From Psammoneis japonica (lineage: Eukaryota), in NCBI GenBank assembly GCA_008632985.1, contig QPGO01000086.1:62001-126000 (forward strand): a stretch of DNA of 64,000 bases. The letters are read 5' to 3'. The notes beneath the pieces are model-generated. The model was not told where the DNA came from and ran no database searches. It saw only the letters and a list, made by a program, of their open reading frames with translations. How positions within the stretch are numbered: the stretch's first letter is position 1; each line of letters begins with the position of its first letter. The position numbers and the translations under genes were made by a program. Below are positions 58,389-64,000 of this stretch, piece after piece.

Positions 58389-59723
58389 ATGTTGTTGACA
58401 ATGGCGACGAGATTGTGGCTACTCTTTTGGTGGATCGTGAATCCCGCAGTCATTCTTCAAACCGCCCATGCGTACTGTCCTCGTGATGCCGATAAGGATC
58501 AACGCGTTCGACGTGAGATTCGTGACCTCTCGGAGGCGGAACGGAATCGCGTGTTTGACGCGATGAAAGAGATGAAAACACTTTCCACGGCGGAAGGACA
58601 AGGCATTTATGGAAATGATTTTGTGTCGTACGATGAGTTGATTGCCAAACACATTCTAGCATCGGCTGCTGGCCCGGCTTGTGATCAAGCACATTTTGGA
58701 TCTGGGTTTGGACCGTACCACAGGACCTTCACGGCCATGTTTGAAAACTCTCTGCTCGCCATCGACTCGGATATCCAGGCGATGCCGTACTGGGACTACA
58801 ACATTGACGCCGAGCTAGACGATCCAAGAACGAGTCTTATATGGGAATGGTTTGGTTCCTCTGAGGGTGACCCCAATGATCAACACAATGTAAACGACGG
58901 CGAGTTTCAAGACTGGACTGTCCCTTCCGGAGAGGATGCTCTCGAACTGTTGGGAGATGGTACGGTATGGAGTGCCCAAGAACTTGTCAATCCCCATGGC
59001 TTTCTTCGTGCTCCATGGAACCGGAATCCTTCCAACAAGATAACTCGTCTAGGGAAACACTGCGGGAGTGAAACCAAATTCAATACGAAAATGTGGAACG
59101 TGTGTCTTGGAATGCCAGACTACCTCACTTGGCAAGCATGCATTGATGTCTCAGTACACTCCTGGGCACATTCGTTTATTGGTGGAATTTGGGGAGAAGG
59201 GCGAGATAAGGATCGAAGTCTCTGCCTCGCAACATATTCTGTTGCTGTCCCTTTGATGTTTTCCATGGGCTGTGTTAATTGTCCTACTGAGTGCACCAAA
59301 CAGGAAGGATGCTCGTGTTCGTTGAATTTCAGACCATTTTGCATTGCAAATGACATGAAGCACCTGGACTTTGGAGACATGTGGGCGCAAGAGTTTCCTA
59401 GAATGACCTATGCTGACTATGCGGATGTTTGGGCTTCTCCGAACGACCCGATTTTCTTTTTCCATCACGCCAACGTTGACAGACATTTAATGACATGGCA
59501 ACACAAAACGTTTTCTGAAAGCCAAGCTCGAGTTACCAACTACAATTTTCCAACTGAATCGATCCCCTGTGAAGGACACGGCCTTGACGACACAATTGCC
59601 AAAGCGTCCCCGTTCGACGGCTCTGTGCTTGGAATGAAGGAGGGAGTGCTATTGACCAATCGAGATGTTATCCACTGTGACGGACGAAGCGGCACGATAT
59701 ATACATATGACACACTATTATAA
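58389..59723 (+). CDS. Secreted tyrosinase-like type-3 copper protein
   Basis: Signal peptide; VRREIRDLS; CuA H..AH..FGPYHR, PYWD; CuB HSWAH..GG and SPNDPIFFFHHANVDR. Confidence 0.9.
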   Translation: MLLTMATRLWLLFWWIVNPAVILQTAHAYCPRDADKDQRVRREIRDLSEAERNRVFDAMKEMKTLSTAEGQGIYGNDFVSYDELIAKHILASAAGPACDQAHFGSGFGPYHRTFTAMFENSLLAIDSDIQAMPYWDYNIDAELDDPRTSLIWEWFGSSEGDPNDQHNVNDGEFQDWTVPSGEDALELLGDGTVWSAQELVNPHGFLRAPWNRNPSNKITRLGKHCGSETKFNTKMWNVCLGMPDYLTWQACIDVSVHSWAHSFIGGIWGEGRDKDRSLCLATYSVAVPLMFSMGCVNCPTECTKQEGCSCSLNFRPFCIANDMKHLDFGDMWAQEFPRMTYADYADVWASPNDPIFFFHHANVDRHLMTWQHKTFSESQARVTNYNFPTESIPCEGHGLDDTIAKASPFDGSVLGMKEGVLLTNRDVIHCDGRSGTIYTYDTLL

Positions 59724-60399
59724 AGAGTAGAGCGGTTGAGTCATGGTAAAGTGTGCGTTTGTCTTGCGAACGAGGAACTACTGTCAACCCACAGCTATCG
59801 CACCTGTAGAGGTTATCATGTGTAAGCGCAGTGAATACTCAACAGCTACTGTTGGCTGTTGTTCTTGTATCTGGGCTTCCAGGTGTTCCAAAAGAAGTAC
59901 CGTAGCCAATGCCTTGTTTGTCACAACATTAGGAGGACGCAGTGCATTTATGTCTTTCTAATACCCCACTCGCCAGCTGAGCTCGCTGGTATTTGCGAAG
60001 CCTGGCCATTATTGTGTGTGAGAGACTTGCGAGTCCATGCTGTTAATCAATAAAGGCAAGGAAACCGATGCGTAAAGATTCGTATGGTAGCGATGGTAAG
60101 AGAAACAGATAGGTGCTTGACAAAGGATGGAGAATGGCGAGTGAGCTCAACAATAGGATTGATAGTGTTAAAGTATATTTTCATAGGATTCCAGTAATAA
60201 AAGTCTTGTGACTCGTTTCGTTATCCTGTTCAGGAAACTGCCGTTTACCTTTTGGAGAGCAGCTGAACACAAAGTCGCGAGAAAAAGAGGAACACAGAGT
60301 GCAAATGCAACACCGAACAACGTGTTTCTAAAATATTAGGAAAGCCCCTACTCTTTAGTGGCAAATGCACCATATCTTCAAAAAACGTCTCACAGTTGG

Positions 60400-61107
60400 T
60401 TAAGCTCCCATAGTACAAACAGCATTGCACAATGCTCCAACCAAATGCGTAAGCAAGGTTAGACTAACCACCTTCACCCTATCCTCGTGCGGCAGTTCCG
60501 TAATTCCACGCAAAACGCGGTGAACAACCTGATCGTTGAATTTTTGTGGGACAGACTCTCTCAGAAAGCAACGCAAGGAAATAAACTCACAAAACATGCG
60601 ATATAGTTGTGAACTCCCTTCGTGATTGCCCAAGGCGAATAGGATTCCCTCGAGCATTGGCGAGAAGACTTCTTGGCCCTTCTCGGTACTAACAAAGAAA
60701 ACAAAGAGCATAGCTACCGCGTTCATCATTAATGCATTGTTTGGGAAAGCATGCATGATAGTCAAAGAGAGTTCGAGGCCGCCTTGCCCAAGGATTTGAT
60801 CCACGTATTCTTCGCGTTTCGCGGCGTCGTCGCCTTCCGCGAGGACACAACCAGTAAGAGATACTAAGAGACAGTAGTAATAGTCTTCGTATGTCGAAGT
60901 CAGTCCTTCTTGTTCTCGCTTCATGACATCTACCAAGGCTTCAAGCAAACCCGCGTCAAGTAGATATTGGGGAACCTGAACGTGTCCGTCGTCGCCATAA
61001 AAAAACACTTTGTAAATGTCTTTCACGGCCGCAAGCGACCGGTTCCGAATCTCTTCAAGCTGCACAAGGAGATGCTGTTCTGATGAGGAAGGCGTCACTT
61101 CCGTCAT
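60400..61107 (-). CDS. Helical (ARM-like) hypothetical protein, tandem paralog 1, C-terminus divergent
   Basis: MTEVTPSSSEQHLL..EEIRN shared with the two neighbours; lacks their HHC..ADCS tail. Confidence 0.65.
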   Translation of the reverse strand: MTEVTPSSSEQHLLVQLEEIRNRSLAAVKDIYKVFFYGDDGHVQVPQYLLDAGLLEALVDVMKREQEGLTSTYEDYYYCLLVSLTGCVLAEGDDAAKREEYVDQILGQGGLELSLTIMHAFPNNALMMNAVAMLFVFFVSTEKGQEVFSPMLEGILFALGNHEGSSQLYRMFCEFISLRCFLRESVPQKFNDQVVHRVLRGITELPHEDRVKVVSLTLLTHLVGALCNAVCTMGA

Positions 61108-61555
61108 GGTCGTAAGCCGAAGCGAGTTGCAAGTTGCAATAGCGCTTTGTGGTTTTTGTTTGTTGCGATCACGATTTTGTTGTGTAGGATTTCGGGATTT
61201 GGAGGGACGAGGGCTAACAATTTTTTGGCGCGCTGCCCGATGTCGTGACTCAAACGGTTCTGTTGGGAGGTCATTCACGAACGTCTTCTCATTCTTGCTC
61301 TTTTCCTAACTAATTTACCAGCGGTGTCGGCGATTGACTTTGAGCGTTTTACGACGCTAACTTGCGGGCAACCACTACACATGTCATTTACCGACAACGA
61401 TGATCACGAAGGACTTATTATGTTCTAAGTAGAAGTAAACATGTTCAATGTTGCTGAACGCAGGAAATTACAAGGCCTCAAACGTCAAACAACATTCGAG
61501 TAAGCTACTACATTCTTGACAGCTACATAAATCTATAACATACTCGCCCTTGTAT

Positions 61556-62299
61556 TCAAGCAGCCGGACTGCAATCCGCATCCTCACAATGATGGTATTC
61601 GGAAAGTTCAATCAATTCTTGGTAGGTTTCTTCTCCAACCAAACACGCAAGCAAGGCTCGACCACGGTCCTGCACATCTTCCTCGTGCGGAAATTTTGTA
61701 ATTCCATGCCAAAGGAGGCGTACAGCTTGTTTGAGTACTTCTTGTGGTAGAGACTTCCCCCAGAGCAAAGCTCCCATGAAATCGACACTCATGCAATAGA
61801 TCTCTTCATTGCCGTCGTGATTGTCCATTATGAATAGAACAGCCTGGAACATTTGGTGATAGACTTCTTGGCCTTTTTGGCAATGGGACAAACAAAACAA
61901 GAGTCCAATTACCGATTTCATCATGAATGCGTCGTCTTCAAACCATTGCATGAGAATCAAGGTGCTTTCGAGACCACCTTTATCAAGCACTTTGTTCGCG
62001 TATTCTTCTCGTTTCGTGTCGTTGTCCTCTTGCGCCATGATGCAACCAACAAGAATTCCTGCGATACGGTGGTAATAATTCGGAATCTGCCCCTCTTGTT
62101 CTCGCTTCAAGGCGTTTACCATGACTTCAAAAAAACCAGCATCAAGTAGATATTGGGGAACTATTCTGTCGCCGTCAAACAACGCTTTGCGAATATCTTC
62201 CACGGCTGCACGCGACTTTTTCGGAGCAGTGGGGTTTCGAATCTCTTCGAGCTGTGCAAGGAGATGCTGCTCTGACGAGGAAGACGTCGTTTTCGTCAT
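61556..62299 (-). CDS. Helical (ARM-like) hypothetical protein, tandem paralog 2
   Basis: 247-aa ORF collinear with 62775..63518. Confidence 0.8.
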   Translation of the reverse strand: MTKTTSSSSEQHLLAQLEEIRNPTAPKKSRAAVEDIRKALFDGDRIVPQYLLDAGFFEVMVNALKREQEGQIPNYYHRIAGILVGCIMAQEDNDTKREEYANKVLDKGGLESTLILMQWFEDDAFMMKSVIGLLFCLSHCQKGQEVYHQMFQAVLFIMDNHDGNEEIYCMSVDFMGALLWGKSLPQEVLKQAVRLLWHGITKFPHEEDVQDRGRALLACLVGEETYQELIELSEYHHCEDADCSPAA

Positions 62300-62774
62300 G
62301 GTGATTAGCTCTCAGAATCAATCGAGTTTCTGCAGAAATTTTGTGAGGAGTGAGGAGGTTATCGCGAGTTGGCGGGAGTTCTCTAAAGCGAATTCTTTTG
62401 CGCGGCGCGGGCGCGCGCGATCCACGTCGTCTCGTGACTCCTCCTCAAGACGCATTTCCACTCTAGAGTAGAGAGTAGAGTAGGGCTAGCTACTAGAGTG
62501 CATTCACGAATATATTCTTGAGATGAAGGATATGGTGTGCAATTGACTTTTAGCGTTACGACGGTAACTTGTGGGCAACCACTAAACATGTCATTTGCCA
62601 ACAATGATGAACACGAAGGGCTTACTAGGTTCCAAGTTGAAAGGTCGTTGAACGCGAAACATTACTAGGGCCTAGGCCTCAAACGACATTCGTGAAATTG
62701 TTAAATAAGAAGAGCCTGTTCTTGTTAACTGCATAAATCTACATTCCGAAATCATTCGCGCTCTTGCACAGTAT

Positions 62775-63518
62775 TCAAGCAGCCCGACTGCAATCCGCAT
62801 CCGCACAATGATGGTATTCGGAATGTTCAATCATTTCTTTTGCTGTTTCCTCTCCAACCAAACACGTCAGCAAGGCTCGACCACGCCTCTGCACATCTTC
62901 CTCATGCGGAAATTTTGTAATTCCATGCCAAACGTGTTGTATAGCTTGTTGGTGTAGTTCTTGCGTTAGAGAATTCCCACCGAGCGAATTTCCCATGAAA
63001 TCGACACACATGCAATAGATCTCCTCATCGCCGCTGTGGTTGCCCATTATGAATAGAATTCCCTGGAAAATTTGCATAAAGACGTCTCGGCCTTTTTGGC
63101 AGTGGACCAAGGAAAAGAAGAGTCCAATTACCGATTTCATCATGGATGCGTCGTCTTCAAACCGATGCATGAGAAACAAGGTGCTTTCGAGACCACCTTT
63201 GTCAAGCACTTTGTTCGCGTATTCTTCTCGTTTCGTGTCGTTGTCCTCTTGCGCCATGATGCAACCAACAAGAATTCCTGCGATACGGTGGTAATAATTC
63301 GGAATCTGCCCCTCTTGTTCTCGCTTCAAGGCGTTTACCATGACTTCAAAAAAACCAGCATCAAGTAGATATTTGGGAACATCTCCGTCGCTGCCAAGCC
63401 ACGCTTTGCGAATATCTTCCGCGGCCGCACGTGACTTTTCTGGAGCAGTGGGGTTTCGAATCTCTTCGAGCTGTGCAAGTAGATGCTGCTCTGACGAGGA
63501 AGACGTCGTTTCCGTCAT
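62775..63518 (-). CDS. Helical (ARM-like) hypothetical protein, tandem paralog 3
   Basis: 247-aa ORF, 1219 bp from paralog 2, with homologous flanks. Confidence 0.8.
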   Translation of the reverse strand: MTETTSSSSEQHLLAQLEEIRNPTAPEKSRAAAEDIRKAWLGSDGDVPKYLLDAGFFEVMVNALKREQEGQIPNYYHRIAGILVGCIMAQEDNDTKREEYANKVLDKGGLESTLFLMHRFEDDASMMKSVIGLFFSLVHCQKGRDVFMQIFQGILFIMGNHSGDEEIYCMCVDFMGNSLGGNSLTQELHQQAIQHVWHGITKFPHEEDVQRRGRALLTCLVGEETAKEMIEHSEYHHCADADCSRAA

Positions 63519-64000
63519 GGTGATTAGCTCAGAAACGAATTCAGTTGCGCGCAGAAATTTTGTGAGGATTTCGCGGGTTGGCGGGAGCTCTATGCGCGAT
63601 CTTTCGCGCGATCCACCTCTCGTGACTCAAGTCGGATTTCACGCTGAGTTCATTCACGAACGCTTGCTCATTTATCTGGCAAAGGCGTCCGCAGTCCGCA
63701 GCGTTGCTTTCAACTTTCATAGAGCCTCAACGCTGATTTTTTTTGGGCGACCATAGTTACTGAAGCATGTCATTTTCGGACAGTGATGAGCATGAAGGAC
63801 TTACAATGTCCCAAGCTACACTGTTTGCGGAGTATTCTCAAGCCTTTCAATGCATTGAAGTGTTGTTGAACGAAGAAAATTGCGAGGCCCCAAAAGATAC
63901 TCGAGGCCAAGCCCTTGTGCAACTCCGAACGATATTAGACAAGTATCTAGAGTGTCCTACTCTTTTGGATCCATATCTTGAAAGAATGGTATCTACCCTG

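Overview
Eukaryotic nuclear DNA, most likely a pennate diatom (inferred from short GT-AG introns, a delta-5 desaturase resembling the Phaeodactylum enzyme, diatom-type LRR, MATH-BTB and secreted SET families, and TTAGGG repeats). About 27 protein genes, several broken by single-base frameshifts that look like assembly errors, alternate with four sharply bounded blocks (about 1-1430, 14895-15560, 29030-31570, 33470-43620) in which TpA is almost absent, CpG is partly or wholly lost, and TpG/CpA dominate. The largest block holds a decayed DIRS/Ngaro-type tyrosine-recombinase retrotransposon whose conserved Tyr codons read TGY (Cys) or CAY (His). This points to TpA->TpG/CpA (A:T->G:C) hypermutation on both strands, confined to repeats and opposite in direction to fungal RIP; it is the best candidate here for an undescribed system. 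Also present: an unconverted hAT-like non-autonomous element (34-bp TIR, 8-bp TSD), a MITE nested in the RT gene, interstitial telomeric repeats, a tRNA 3'-end-like fragment, a tandem-domain Popeye protein and a three-copy gene array with a gene-conversion tract. All counts and alignments were done by eye, and family assignments come from recalled motifs, not database searches.
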